47,261 nt of DNA from an uncultured bacterium (GTDB lineage Bacteria; Pseudomonadota; Gammaproteobacteria; GCA-001735895): positions 1 to 47,261 of the forward strand of contig CBDUSZ010000002.1 in NCBI GenBank assembly GCA_965370015.1, given 5' to 3'. Position 1 is the first letter of the stretch, and each line of letters opens with the position of its first letter. The translations under genes were made by a program, and so were the position numbers. This document shows, in pieces, positions 18,695-28,486 of the stretch. Under the pieces are notes generated by a model. It saw only the letters and a list, made by a program, of their open reading frames with translations. It made no database searches and was not told the origin of the DNA.

Positions 18695-19282
18695 TTAATC
18701 AGCTATCGATATTCCACTAGTGTCCGGTGGCGGTGGTTCGGGATCTTTTTTAGCCGAGCCGATGATGCTCCCGACCGGTGCCATATCCAAATCCGAGATA
18801 TCAATTACTGGTGCTGCAACCTCTTTTATCTCGTCCTGCAATTCGCTACCTGGCGGGGCGATTGTGGCCTCTAAATCATTGATCTGATCGGCACTAATTC
18901 CGAGTGGATCTACTTGTGGGGGTGGCTCGACATCCCCATAGTCAGCCGCTGTAGTATAGGTAGTTTGGGCCGATTCGGCAGCGGCTGGCGGCGGTGGACT
19001 AGCAGTTCCAGGCTGCCTGCCCGGTTCGGCAGCCTGGTTGCTACCGACAGAGAGAGATTTCACCTCGCATTTAGCACCGGCACGCTCAAATGCGGATCGA
19101 TATTTAGCTGCGGTCTGCTGATCGATGCTTTTCTTGATAACGATGCGTTTTCCGGAAAACAATTGCGCCAGTTTGGTTTCGTCGGCATGAAACATTTTAC
19201 CGATTTTGGCCTTTACTTCACCCAGGTCTGCGCTGTCGTCAATTTGGCCGGAAAAAGCCACTTCGAATAATTCATCACTCAT
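18695..19282 (-). CDS. Hypothetical protein: small N-terminal alpha/beta domain plus an acidic, Pro-rich low-complexity tail
   Basis: 195-aa ORF with coding-like N-terminal ~80 aa (…KAKIGKMFHADETKLAQLFSGKRIVIKKSIDQQTAAKYRSAFERAGAKCEV), then PGTASPPPPAAAE…PEPPPPD. No family recognised. Confidence 0.55.
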   Translation of the reverse strand: MSDELFEVAFSGQIDDSADLGEVKAKIGKMFHADETKLAQLFSGKRIVIKKSIDQQTAAKYRSAFERAGAKCEVKSLSVGSNQAAEPGRQPGTASPPPPAAAESAQTTYTTAADYGDVEPPPQVDPLGISADQINDLEATIAPPGSELQDEIKEVAAPVIDISDLDMAPVGSIIGSAKKDPEPPPPDTSGISIAD

Positions 19283-19369
19283 GTCATGATACCTCTGTGC
19301 TATTCCTGCACTATACTTTCATCATTAAATTAATTAAATACCGCCCTATCCCGCATCAATTGTAACCCT

Positions 19370-20743
19370 ATGAACAAAAACACGGAAATTATTCGCATTA
19401 CCCCACACGGCCAAATGGAAATTTTGTCGCAACTGGAAGTCGGTCAGCTAAAGCAAGACAGCGAGCACGATAGTAGTTACGACATCTATCGTCGCTGCTC
19501 ACTGGCGGTACTCAATGTTGGCAGTACTACTGATGATACTAGACAAGTTCTCGAACAATATGAGGATTTTAATATTCGCGTGATATCACAGGAACGCGGC
19601 ATAAAACTTGAATTTGAAAATGCGCCGGCCAGTGCCTTCGTCGATGGACAGGTGATAACTGGCATACAGGAACAGTTATTTTCAGTCCTACGCGATATCG
19701 TCTACGTCAAAAACCAGATCGAGACCAACCTGAATTTTGATTTAAGTACGCCACAGGGCATTACCAATGCAGTGTTTAATATTCTGCGTAATGCAAACGT
19801 ATTATTACCCGAGATCGAACCAAACCTGGTGGTTTGTTGGGGCGGTCATTCTATTAAACGTGCCGAGTACGATTACAGTAAAAAGATTGGTTATGAACTC
19901 GGCTTACGCGGCTTAAATATTTGCACTGGTTGCGGGCCAGGGGCGATGAAGGGCCCTATGAAAGGCGCCACTATTGGCCATAGCAAGCAGCGCATCTACG
20001 GTGGTCGCTACATCGGCATGACCGAACCCGGCATTATTGCCGCTGAATCCCCCAATCCAATCGTCAATGAACTAGTGATCATGCCAGATATCGAAAAGCG
20101 CCTGGAAGGATTCGTACGCACAGGACACGGAATTTTAGTGTTACCCGGTGGAGTTGGCACCACAGAAGAAATTCTTTATATCCTGGGAGTCATGCTGAAT
20201 CCCGCGAACAACGAGATACCGTTTCCACTCATTCTGACTGGTCCTCAAAGCGCCAGAAATTATTTCCAGCAGATCGACCAGTTCATCAAACTAACACTGG
20301 GTTCTGAAGCGCAGCAACTATATCAAATCATTATCGACGATCCTGCAAAAGTAGCCCGTGAAATGAAAGTCGGCATAGAATCGGTACGTGACTTCCGGAG
20401 GCAAAACAGTGACGCCTACTACTTTAACTGGATACTTAAGGTCGATGACGAGCTGCAGAAGCCTTTTCACCCTAGCCATGAAAACGTGTCAAATTTACGA
20501 CTAGATAGCAGTTTACCGAAACATCAGTTAGCGGCATCCTTGCGCAAGGCATTTTCGGCTATCGTCAGTGGCAATGTTAAGGAAGATGGTATTCGCACTA
20601 TCGAAGAGCATGGTCCATTTGAAATTCGTGGTGAACAGAAAATCATGCGCTCGTTGGACGAACTGCTGACATCCTTTGTACGACAGGAACGCATGAAAGT
20701 GCCTGGCACCCGATATTCGCCCTGCTATCAAATAATTAACTAA
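19370..20743 (+). CDS. ppnN: Pyrimidine/purine nucleotide 5'-monophosphate nucleosidase PpnN (YgdH, LOG-family)
   Basis: 457-aa ORF that aligns end to end with E. coli PpnN as I recall it (LSQLEV…, VVCWGGHSI, LNICTGCGPGAMKGPMKGA, MTEPGIIAAE, PGGVGTTEE, …PCYQI). Confidence 0.92.
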   Translation: MNKNTEIIRITPHGQMEILSQLEVGQLKQDSEHDSSYDIYRRCSLAVLNVGSTTDDTRQVLEQYEDFNIRVISQERGIKLEFENAPASAFVDGQVITGIQEQLFSVLRDIVYVKNQIETNLNFDLSTPQGITNAVFNILRNANVLLPEIEPNLVVCWGGHSIKRAEYDYSKKIGYELGLRGLNICTGCGPGAMKGPMKGATIGHSKQRIYGGRYIGMTEPGIIAAESPNPIVNELVIMPDIEKRLEGFVRTGHGILVLPGGVGTTEEILYILGVMLNPANNEIPFPLILTGPQSARNYFQQIDQFIKLTLGSEAQQLYQIIIDDPAKVAREMKVGIESVRDFRRQNSDAYYFNWILKVDDELQKPFHPSHENVSNLRLDSSLPKHQLAASLRKAFSAIVSGNVKEDGIRTIEEHGPFEIRGEQKIMRSLDELLTSFVRQERMKVPGTRYSPCYQIIN

Positions 20744-20800
20744 TAGCTGAAGCAGATATTCCAGTGATGACGTGCTAACCACAATAGTGGTAATAACAAT

Positions 20801-21239
20801 TTGACCACACTCAAATCAATTGCAATCAAAGCCACCTCAAGAGCATCCAGGCATGAGCTGGATTATGCAGAAATCACCATCGAGAAGGGTATAACAGGAG
20901 ATTTTCGAGGTTCACAAACAAACCGTCAAATCACCATCCTGAGCGATCTCGCATAGCAAAAAAGTCTGCGACTCTATTAACACCGATCTACCCTGGATTA
21001 CGCGACGCGCCAATTTGTTGATTGATGGCGTAGAATTTAGTACGGAAGATGTCGGCAAAGTGGTACGCATTGGAGACGCCACTTTAATAATAATGCAGGA
21101 GACCAATCCCTGTTCATTAATGGATCAGCTGCACCAGGGACTAAAAAAAGCGCTCACCCCCGAATGGCGTGGTGGCGTTTGCTGCAAAGTCCTTACAGCT
21201 GGCTCGATTCAGGTGGGGAATCGCATCGAGATTGATTGA
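20801..21239 (+). pseudogene. MOSC-domain protein gene interrupted by an apparent 1-nt frameshift
   Basis: The N-terminal half (TTG 20801, LTTLKSIAIKATSR…RQITILSDLA) stops at TAG 20954-20956 in one frame. The C-terminal half (…SKKVCDSINTDLPWITRRANLLIDGVEF…NPCSLMD…WRGGVCCKVLTAGSIQVGN) continues in the +1 frame to 21239. Together they form a typical ~145-aa MOSC protein. Confidence 0.6.
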
Positions 21240-21354
21240 ATTAATCTGAAGTTTTATCCCTGACGGTCGGCCCGAGGGGCAGGATATTGTTGATTTAAGT
21301 GTTGACGATACTGGATTAGATAATTGGTGTGCGGAAACTTTCACCATAAAGTAA

Positions 21355-22239
21355 TCAGGCAAGCTCCAACCGAAGCCTCCGCCGCTCACCCCGTATACCA
21401 GCGATACAATAAGAACTGACACAAACCAGCACGATAGCACTACCAATAACAGTCAACAGACTCGGCTGTTCACCAACACCGACCCACACCCAAATCGGAC
21501 CGAGTATCGCCTCGGTGAGGGCAAACAAAGCTACCTCGGAAGCCTGGATATAACGCGTAGCAATGGTAAAGCAGAGGAAGCCGAGGCCAAATTGTACCCA
21601 GCCTAATAACAGAGAAATAACCAGATCGTGGGTCGATATGACTAAATCATCGGCAAAAATAGCGCCAACTGCGGCCATCACCAGACCAGCCAGGCAAGTT
21701 GCGGGCAACATATCAACCCGTTGGCGACCACGCACCAGTAGCAGAAAAATGACAAATGAGACTACTACGCCAAACGCGGCAATATTACCCAGCCATCTAC
21801 CTTCGATAAGCCCGTCGGCAAACATCAGACCTATACCTGTTAGCGATATCAACATCATCGTAATACCAAACTTTGATGTTTTCTCTCCCAGAATTAACCA
21901 GCCGACGAAAGCAGTAGCAAGCGGTGATGCGCCAATAATGAATACCGCATTAGCCACGGTAGTTAACATAATAGCAAAAATATAGCAAACCGAACCAAGC
22001 CCAAGTGCCAACGCGGCCCATAACCCGGGTCTGCCGATTGCGCGAAAGGCGTTTACGGTATCCTTGCGATATTTGAGCAGCAATATCAGGAAAAGTGCGA
22101 TCGAGAAGCCGAGTCCGCGATAAAACAGAATCTGCCAGCCACTCGCGGACTCGACATTTCGAAGCAAAATTCCGGACAGACTCAGGAACACGCCTCCAAT
22201 GATAACCAGGCCTACGCCAAAGCCATATCTACGCTCCAT
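21355..22239 (-). CDS. EamA/DMT-family transporter
   Basis: 294-aa ORF with ~10 TM helices in two similar halves, typical of EamA. Confidence 0.8.
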   Translation of the reverse strand: MERRYGFGVGLVIIGGVFLSLSGILLRNVESASGWQILFYRGLGFSIALFLILLLKYRKDTVNAFRAIGRPGLWAALALGLGSVCYIFAIMLTTVANAVFIIGASPLATAFVGWLILGEKTSKFGITMMLISLTGIGLMFADGLIEGRWLGNIAAFGVVVSFVIFLLLVRGRQRVDMLPATCLAGLVMAAVGAIFADDLVISTHDLVISLLLGWVQFGLGFLCFTIATRYIQASEVALFALTEAILGPIWVWVGVGEQPSLLTVIGSAIVLVCVSSYCIAGIRGERRRLRLELA

Positions 22240-22317
22240 AGAACGCTCGCACGACTAAAGTAGCGCCACTAAACAATGCACACATTGGTTTTATCAGAAA
22301 GGAATTAAATATTCGCC

Positions 22318-23310
22318 TTACTCTGGAATTTTGACAATTGCCCGACCCCGAATCCTGCCAGCGAGTATGTCTTCCGCCGCCTGTGGTAAATCGCTAAAGT
22401 CGAGTTCAAATGACAATTCTTCAAGTAGTCCCAGATCCAGGTCCTGCGCCAGTCGGTTCCAGGCCTGTTCACGTTTTTCCAGCGAGGCCATCACCGAATC
22501 TATACCATACAAGGTGATACCGCGTAAAATGAACGGAGCCACCGAAGCCGGTAAATCCATAGACTCGGCCAGGCCACAAGCGGCTACTGCACCTCCATAC
22601 TTAATCTGGCTGAGAACATTGGCCAGCGTGTTACCCCCGGCCACGTCGACAGCGCCAGTCCATAACTCCTTGTACAAGGGTCTTGCTTTTGCGGCGAAAT
22701 CCGCACGATCGAGCACATCCGCAGCACCGAGTTTGGATAGATAATCTCTCTCCTCCATGCGCCCGGTGATCGCCACTACCCGATAGCCCAGTTTATTCAA
22801 TAGTGTTACGGCAATACTACCGACTCCACCCGATGCACCGGTCACCAGAATATCCCCGTCTCCCGGTCGAATACCATGGTTTTCCAGTGCAATGACGCAG
22901 AGCATCGAGGTATACCCGGCGGTACCTATCGCCATCGCCTGCCGGGTATTAAGTCGATCAGGAAGTTTCACCAACCAGTCACCTTTGACGCGTGCTTTTT
23001 GAGCGTAGCCTCCCGAGTGAACCTCACCAACGCCGAAACCATTCAGAACAACACGATCGCCTGCCCTGAAGCCGCTGTGATCAGAACTCGTCACCGTACC
23101 AGAAAAATCGACACCTGGGGTCAGCGGAAAGGTACGCACCACGGGAGACTTTCCTGTGAGGGCCAGGCCATCTTTGTAATTTAAAGTCGAATATTCAACT
23201 TTAACCGTAACATCGCCCTCCATCAGGTCAGCATCTCTGAGTTGCTTCAACTCGCAGGTTTGCCCAGCCTCAGTTTTGTTGATCTGATAGCCCAGAAATT
23301 GATTAGACAT
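22318..23310 (-). CDS. acuI: Acrylyl-CoA reductase / quinone-oxidoreductase-like MDR protein (YhdH/AcuI family)
   Basis: 330-aa ORF. VKVEYSTLNYKDGLALTG, PLTPGVDFSG, VLVTGASGGVGS and the overall layout match YhdH/AcuI. Confidence 0.82.
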   Translation of the reverse strand: MSNQFLGYQINKTEAGQTCELKQLRDADLMEGDVTVKVEYSTLNYKDGLALTGKSPVVRTFPLTPGVDFSGTVTSSDHSGFRAGDRVVLNGFGVGEVHSGGYAQKARVKGDWLVKLPDRLNTRQAMAIGTAGYTSMLCVIALENHGIRPGDGDILVTGASGGVGSIAVTLLNKLGYRVVAITGRMEERDYLSKLGAADVLDRADFAAKARPLYKELWTGAVDVAGGNTLANVLSQIKYGGAVAACGLAESMDLPASVAPFILRGITLYGIDSVMASLEKREQAWNRLAQDLDLGLLEELSFELDFSDLPQAAEDILAGRIRGRAIVKIPE

Positions 23311-23643
23311 GGTAGATTCCCCTATAATTTGGGCTCATGGTATTTGCAAGACAAATACATGTCAAAGCAAATACGCTACAATCCATACAATAGATCCGAG
23401 ATCAGCATTGTGCAAGATTTAGCCATCGTTAAATTGAATATATGCGGACAACTTCTGATCGAGTCATCAACGCATTGATGGCGCGCCTGGCGGGCAGGTT
23501 TGGACTGGCAAGGCAAAGAAAGTGTCATTGGCCTGCACCCCGTGGTCTGGTAACTTTAAAAACAAACGCAGAAAATGAAACCCGCGCTATGACAATTGCG
23601 ATGACAATCTGGAAAGCGCCCAGCCGAGAAAAATTGAATCTCT

Positions 23644-24369
23644 ATGATGAAATATAGCAGCAAAGTTATTTACCTTATTCCACTGTTGTTAATGGCATGC
23701 TCGTCGGCAGATTTACAACGATCTGTCAACTTGCTAGCTGAATTGCAGGAAAAGCCGTTAGCGAAAAACGAGGTCGCTGCTGGCCTTAGGGAAGCCTTGA
23801 TACAGGGAATATCTAAAGGCTCGGAGCAGGCATCAAAGCTGGATGGATACTATAAAAATCCACAACTTAAAATTCCCTTTCCAGCCGAAATTCAAAAAGT
23901 CGAAAAAGCGCTCCGAAAAATTGGCCTTGGGTCAGAAGTCGATAAGTTCGTACGCCAACTGAACCGGGGTGCCGAAAAAGCCGCTGTACAGGCAAAACCA
24001 ATTTTTATTAATGCCATCAAATCGCTAACCATCGAAGACGTATTTTCTATCCTTAATGGCGAACAGGATGCAGCCACCGATTATTTGATGAGAACCACTT
24101 CCGGCCAGCTAAAATCTAAATTTATGCCGATAATCGGCAAGACGCTGGATGAAGTTAATGCAACCAGACACTACAGTGATATCGTCACACGCTACAATAA
24201 ATTGCCGCTGGTAAAAAAGGTGAATGCGGATCTTGTTGACTACGCGGCAAATCGCGCCATTGAAGGGCTGTTTTTATTAGTTGCCAGAGAAGAAGCCAAT
24301 ATTCGTGCAAACCCGTTAGCTCGCACGACACAATTACTCAAAAAAGTATTCGGCAGTGTGGATAATTAA
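23644..24369 (+). CDS. DUF4197-family lipoprotein
   Basis: 241-aa ORF with lipobox LLMAC and the motif region GLREALIQGISKGSEQASKLDGYYKNPQLKIPFP, recalled as DUF4197. Confidence 0.6.
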   Translation: MMKYSSKVIYLIPLLLMACSSADLQRSVNLLAELQEKPLAKNEVAAGLREALIQGISKGSEQASKLDGYYKNPQLKIPFPAEIQKVEKALRKIGLGSEVDKFVRQLNRGAEKAAVQAKPIFINAIKSLTIEDVFSILNGEQDAATDYLMRTTSGQLKSKFMPIIGKTLDEVNATRHYSDIVTRYNKLPLVKKVNADLVDYAANRAIEGLFLLVAREEANIRANPLARTTQLLKKVFGSVDN

Positions 24370-24482
24370 GTCTTTTAATCTACCGGTTTCATAAACGCTT
24401 TGCCATTACCTGGCAGTTTATCGTTTACTTATTCACTAGAGGAATACGATAAAATTTTTAACTATAACAATCGAGAACCAGG

Positions 24483-25256
24483 TTGAAGTCGATCATGAAC
24501 CTCCTATTGTTACTTGGCGGCGCATATTTATTAATAGCCGCGCTATTATATCTATTGCAACGTAACCTGTTGTTTTATCCGGTAGCTGCCAGAGATGGAA
24601 TTCCAGAAGAAACGATTATCTTTAAAAACGAAGATGTTTCACTACATGGATGGATATTAAACAGAGGACAGAAAAAGGCGCTGATCTATTTTGGCGGAAA
24701 CGCCGAGGATATTACAGATAACATTTATCAGTTCAGGGATCTGTTCAAAAATCATACGGTTTATCTGATTAACTACCGGGGTTACGGTAAAAGCCAGGGA
24801 AAGCCGACGGAGCAGGGATTATTTTCTGATGCGTTATCGATATACGACCAAATCTTTGAGCAGCACACTTCTATCAGCCTGATGGGTCGAAGCCTCGGTA
24901 GCGGTGTCGCCGTGTACCTGGCGTCGAAGCGCGATATCGGACAATTACTCTTACTGACCCCATTCGATAGCGTCGCCGAAGTCGCACAAACCCACTATCC
25001 TTATTTCCCGACTCGATATCTGGTCAAGGATCGATTCGATTCGACCAGCTATGCAAAAGATATCAGCGTGCCTACTTTAATAATAACTGCTGAGCTTGAT
25101 CAGGTCGTGCCCGTTAAACACGCGCAGAAATTACGCGCTCAGTTCACTCATACCTCAGTCAGCTATCATATGATCTCAGGTGCCGAACATAATGACGTGA
25201 CTTCATTTCCCCATTATCGTCAAGTCATTAAAGCTTTTATCGATGCCACAGACTAG
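24483..25256 (+). CDS. Membrane-anchored alpha/beta hydrolase (Bem46/ABHD13-like serine hydrolase)
   Basis: 257-aa ORF. N-terminal TM helix, nucleophile elbow GRSLGSG, and a late D…H (ELDQVVP…GAEHND). TTG start; an alternative ATG lies at 24495. Confidence 0.8.
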   Translation: MKSIMNLLLLLGGAYLLIAALLYLLQRNLLFYPVAARDGIPEETIIFKNEDVSLHGWILNRGQKKALIYFGGNAEDITDNIYQFRDLFKNHTVYLINYRGYGKSQGKPTEQGLFSDALSIYDQIFEQHTSISLMGRSLGSGVAVYLASKRDIGQLLLLTPFDSVAEVAQTHYPYFPTRYLVKDRFDSTSYAKDISVPTLIITAELDQVVPVKHAQKLRAQFTHTSVSYHMISGAEHNDVTSFPHYRQVIKAFIDATD

Positions 25257-26677
25257 CTTGCTGCCTTTGTCGCCTTCCAATGTTGAATCGAGTTCGCATA
25301 GTATTTAAGCAAATCAATCGCTCCTGGTTTTGCCTTGATTAATTTTTCATCAACTTCGACGAATCCCCTTCCCTGAAGCATCACTAATGCTGCACTAAGC
25401 ACACCTTCAAGTGCATTCGGTGACAGGTCAATGGGCGCACCTTTTTCAAGTAACTGGCTGATTCGTTGCGATGCCATCGTCTTTAGGTCCAGTTCACTGA
25501 GCCATTCCGATTGATGCTCAAGTACAATTTCACACATCGTTGCAACGGGTAAAATTGGCACTACATCGGCTATTTTCTGCATCAGGTAATGGCTTAATTT
25601 CTGCACATGATCAAATCGTGTGGATTGATCCATCTGGCCTAAATCAATTTTGTGTTGCTTGCTATAAAATCGCATAGAAACAGGACTACCGAAGTTTACA
25701 CTGGCATAGCCAAATCGCAGCCAGCGTTTATCACGGTTCATAAAGAGCGTTTTAATGAAAAATCGACTTGCAGTTTTTATCACAAACCAGAGGCTTTTCT
25801 TGCTAGCGCCCGGATCGAGTTTACGCACCAGGCTCATATCTTCTATCACCCGGTCATAGTTGATACCTACTGGTACGAAAACCACATCACGATCGATATC
25901 TACATGATAGTCGCGCAGCATATAATCGAGAAAACCCTGCTTTGGCTCGCGTAATTTTCCATCCCGGGTTAGCCCCCCTTCAAGAAAAACTGCCTGGCAA
26001 ACACCGGCTCGGGTAGCCAGATTCACGTAGCGCTCGAGTACCTTACGATACAATGTGTTACCTGAGTTACGCCGTACAAAAAAAGCACCCATCGATTTAA
26101 TCAATGTTTGCAACGGCCAGATTCTGGCCCATTCACCAACCGCATAGGAAAGTGCAGTTTTTTCTGCGGCCAGAAAAGACACCAGGATGTAATCCATATT
26201 GCTACGATGGTTCATCACAAAAACCACACTGGCATCCGCTGAAATCTTTTTCAGCTCGCCGCCGTCATAAAAACCGACGCGCACCCGGTACAGCATTCTG
26301 CCTATCGATTTAGCCAACCAGTAACCAAAACGAAAATAGACATAGGCATTAAACGAGGGTGCGATTTCGTTGGCATAGTGCATCACTTTTGCCTGCACTA
26401 CCTCTTTAGGCATCGTGTGTTCGTCGGCATATTTTTTAATCGCCTCGGCTACCCTGTCATCGAATACCAACTGGTCGACCAGAGCCTGTCTGCGTGTGAG
26501 TTGAAACGGTCGGATTTCAATATCGAGGCGGGTATTAACCTCTTCGATCACGCGATTTACACGGCGGCGTAAATACCAGCGAAACCCGGGTAGTAGGATA
26601 CGATCCAGAACCAGCAGCAGAGCGGTTAAAATTAGAAGTGTAAATATCCAGATCGGCAGGGTTATCGTATTTTCCAT
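25253..26677 (-). CDS. Glycerolipid acyltransferase (PlsB/GPAT-like, HX4D family)
   Basis: 474-aa ORF. N-terminal TM helix, acyltransferase motif I VMNHRSNMDY, motif III FLEGGLTRDGK and motif IV VPVGINYD. Confidence 0.8.
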   Translation of the reverse strand: MENTITLPIWIFTLLILTALLLVLDRILLPGFRWYLRRRVNRVIEEVNTRLDIEIRPFQLTRRQALVDQLVFDDRVAEAIKKYADEHTMPKEVVQAKVMHYANEIAPSFNAYVYFRFGYWLAKSIGRMLYRVRVGFYDGGELKKISADASVVFVMNHRSNMDYILVSFLAAEKTALSYAVGEWARIWPLQTLIKSMGAFFVRRNSGNTLYRKVLERYVNLATRAGVCQAVFLEGGLTRDGKLREPKQGFLDYMLRDYHVDIDRDVVFVPVGINYDRVIEDMSLVRKLDPGASKKSLWFVIKTASRFFIKTLFMNRDKRWLRFGYASVNFGSPVSMRFYSKQHKIDLGQMDQSTRFDHVQKLSHYLMQKIADVVPILPVATMCEIVLEHQSEWLSELDLKTMASQRISQLLEKGAPIDLSPNALEGVLSAALVMLQGRGFVEVDEKLIKAKPGAIDLLKYYANSIQHWKATKAAS

Positions 26678-26735
26678 AACTCGTCAGATTAGCATAGATA
26701 GTATCTGACTACCGTCCATAACGCGGCACCTGCGG

Positions 26736-27911
26736 TTACAACATACGATTTTTCAGATGCGTCTTAATTCCGGCAAACACGGCGTTGGCAAGTTTATGTT
26801 GATGCTTGCTACTGCGTAACTTTCTTTCTTCCCTGGGATTAGATAAAAATGCAGTTTCGATCAAAATAGACGTCATATCTGGTGCTTTTAGGACCGCGAA
26901 GCCAGCCTGCTGAACTTGTTTGTTATTAAGCTTCGACACCTTACTTAAATTTTTCAGCACATCGGAACCGAATTCGAGACTGTCCAGTATGGTCGCAGTT
27001 TGTGACAGGTCGAGTAGTACCGATGCGATCAAATCATCCTTATCGGCAAGACTGATACCACCGATTAAGTCAGACGCATTTTCTTTCTCCGCGATACGTC
27101 GAGCCGCCTCGGAACTGGCTCCGCTGAGCGACAAAGCATAAACCGAAGCGCCCTCGACCCTTGAGCTCTTATACGAATCCGCATGCAACGAAATAAATAA
27201 GTCGGCCCGACTATCACGTGCTTTTTTTACCCGATTACGCAATACAACGTATTGGTCACCTTCGCGCGTCAGAATAGCCTTGAAGCCCGGTGTACGATTA
27301 ATCAACGTTTTCATCTTCTTTGCAACTGCCAGGGTAATGTCTTTCTCACGCGTACCTTTTGTACCGATGGCCCCGGGATCGCGTCCACCATGGCCTGGGT
27401 CGATAGCGATAATGAATTCTTTTTTCGGTTTTAACCTTTGCTGTTGACTAGTAATAATCGGTGTGGGACTGAGGTTGGTGGCATGCAGGTCGATGACCAG
27501 CCGATACCCCGATTTTCCATCGGGCTTTAACACGAAACTACGTGGACGTACATTATTTTTCAAATCCAGCACCACTCGTAGTGAACCCGAGTCACGCTTT
27601 GCCGAACGTATGCCACTCATTAGGCTGGTGACTTTTTTACTAATCGATAATGCCCTGCTTTCACGCGTGTCTTCCAGATCGATGACTATGCGGTGAGGGC
27701 CTTTCAGGCTGAACAAATTGTGTTCGATATTATTAGAGAGGTCGAATACCACGCGGGTATGGATATCGGAAGTCTGTGATACACGGATGCCGGTTAATGC
27801 CGCGGAACTCTTCGCAAAAGTAGTCTTATGGCCTGCCAGTAGCGCGAAAGTAGCACTATATCGAGCCACACGTTTTAGGAAAATACGTCTTGTAGTCGAA
27901 AATGATTTCAT
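26736..27911 (-). CDS. N-acetylmuramoyl-L-alanine amidase (AmiB/AmiC type: Tat-like signal, AMIN domain, Amidase_3)
   Basis: TRRIFLK twin-arginine motif with a TFA-K cleavage site, an AMIN-like region (IRVSQTSDIHTRVVFDL), and the catalytic block IAIDPGHGGRDPGAIG…SLHADS. It follows tsaE, as amiB does in E. coli. I prefer the ATG at 27911. Confidence 0.88.
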   Translation of the reverse strand: MKSFSTTRRIFLKRVARYSATFALLAGHKTTFAKSSAALTGIRVSQTSDIHTRVVFDLSNNIEHNLFSLKGPHRIVIDLEDTRESRALSISKKVTSLMSGIRSAKRDSGSLRVVLDLKNNVRPRSFVLKPDGKSGYRLVIDLHATNLSPTPIITSQQQRLKPKKEFIIAIDPGHGGRDPGAIGTKGTREKDITLAVAKKMKTLINRTPGFKAILTREGDQYVVLRNRVKKARDSRADLFISLHADSYKSSRVEGASVYALSLSGASSEAARRIAEKENASDLIGGISLADKDDLIASVLLDLSQTATILDSLEFGSDVLKNLSKVSKLNNKQVQQAGFAVLKAPDMTSILIETAFLSNPREERKLRSSKHQHKLANAVFAGIKTHLKNRML

Positions 27912-28032
27912 ATTTCCTGCAAATGAGTACTTTTCGAAGATAATCAGAATTCTAGTTATAGTTAAATCTGATCGAAAAATCAACTCTTTTTCTTTATTTA
28001 TTAACTAGATACCGAACTTATCTAGAAAATCA

Positions 28033-28479
28033 CTAAAGATTCATTGCTGAACTAATACGACTTCCCCAGTCGTTAGCGGGTTTAAACTCAAGCTGGCGCC
28101 CTTCCACATCGTATTCGATGTTTATTTCGAGACCAATATTGCTCAGATAGCCCTCGGCTCGTTCTGGCCACTCGATAAAGCATATAGTTGTGGCATTGAG
28201 GTAGTCGCGATAACCCAGATACTCCAGTTCCTCGCCATCCGCCAGACGGTAGAGGTCAAAATGAGCGATGCACAGGGGGGTGAACTGGTAATACTCGATT
28301 AGAGTATAGGTAGGACTTCGAACCCCACTAGTCACCCCGAGTGATTCGAGTGCCCCGCGAACCAGCGTAGTTTTCCCGGCTCCCAGATCACCTCGTAACG
28401 CGATGACCCCACCCGATTCGCAGGCGCCAATCAGCTTTGCACCAAGCTGACGCATCGCTACTTCGTGTTTGATCAACAT
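28033..28479 (-). CDS. tsaE: tRNA t6A37 threonylcarbamoyltransferase complex ATPase TsaE (YjeE)
   Basis: 148-aa ORF with P-loop GDLGAGKTTLVRG and SPTYTL. Sits immediately downstream of nnr. Confidence 0.92.
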   Translation of the reverse strand: MLIKHEVAMRQLGAKLIGACESGGVIALRGDLGAGKTTLVRGALESLGVTSGVRSPTYTLIEYYQFTPLCIAHFDLYRLADGEELEYLGYRDYLNATTICFIEWPERAEGYLSNIGLEINIEYDVEGRQLEFKPANDWGSRISSAMNL

Positions 28480-28486
28480 AGTGGTG

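Noticed and set aside
18353-18874. 173-aa ORF overlapping the 3' end of cobT-like and running antisense into the next gene
   Set aside because: It is out of frame with a well-supported VWA-domain gene and has an Arg/Ser-rich shadow-frame composition.
20704-20720. Sigma54-like TGGCAC element near the end of ppnN
   Set aside because: The -12 TTGC element is missing at the required spacing, and the site lies inside coding sequence.
20945-20962. Programmed +1 ribosomal frameshift at GCA-TAG-C in the MOSC gene (prfB-like mechanism)
   Set aside because: The P-site codon GCA cannot re-pair in the +1 frame (CAT). There is no upstream internal SD at the right distance, and MOSC genes are not known to use recoding. 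A mutation or sequencing indel is the simpler explanation.
23242-23657. Two short ORFs (78 and 71 aa) in the 333-bp gap between acuI and the DUF4197 gene, and the possibility of an sRNA or riboswitch there
   Set aside because: The ORFs lack an SD and have Arg-rich, non-protein-like sequences. I could not find a convincing conserved-looking structure or any known riboswitch core, so I make no call beyond a promoter and leader region.
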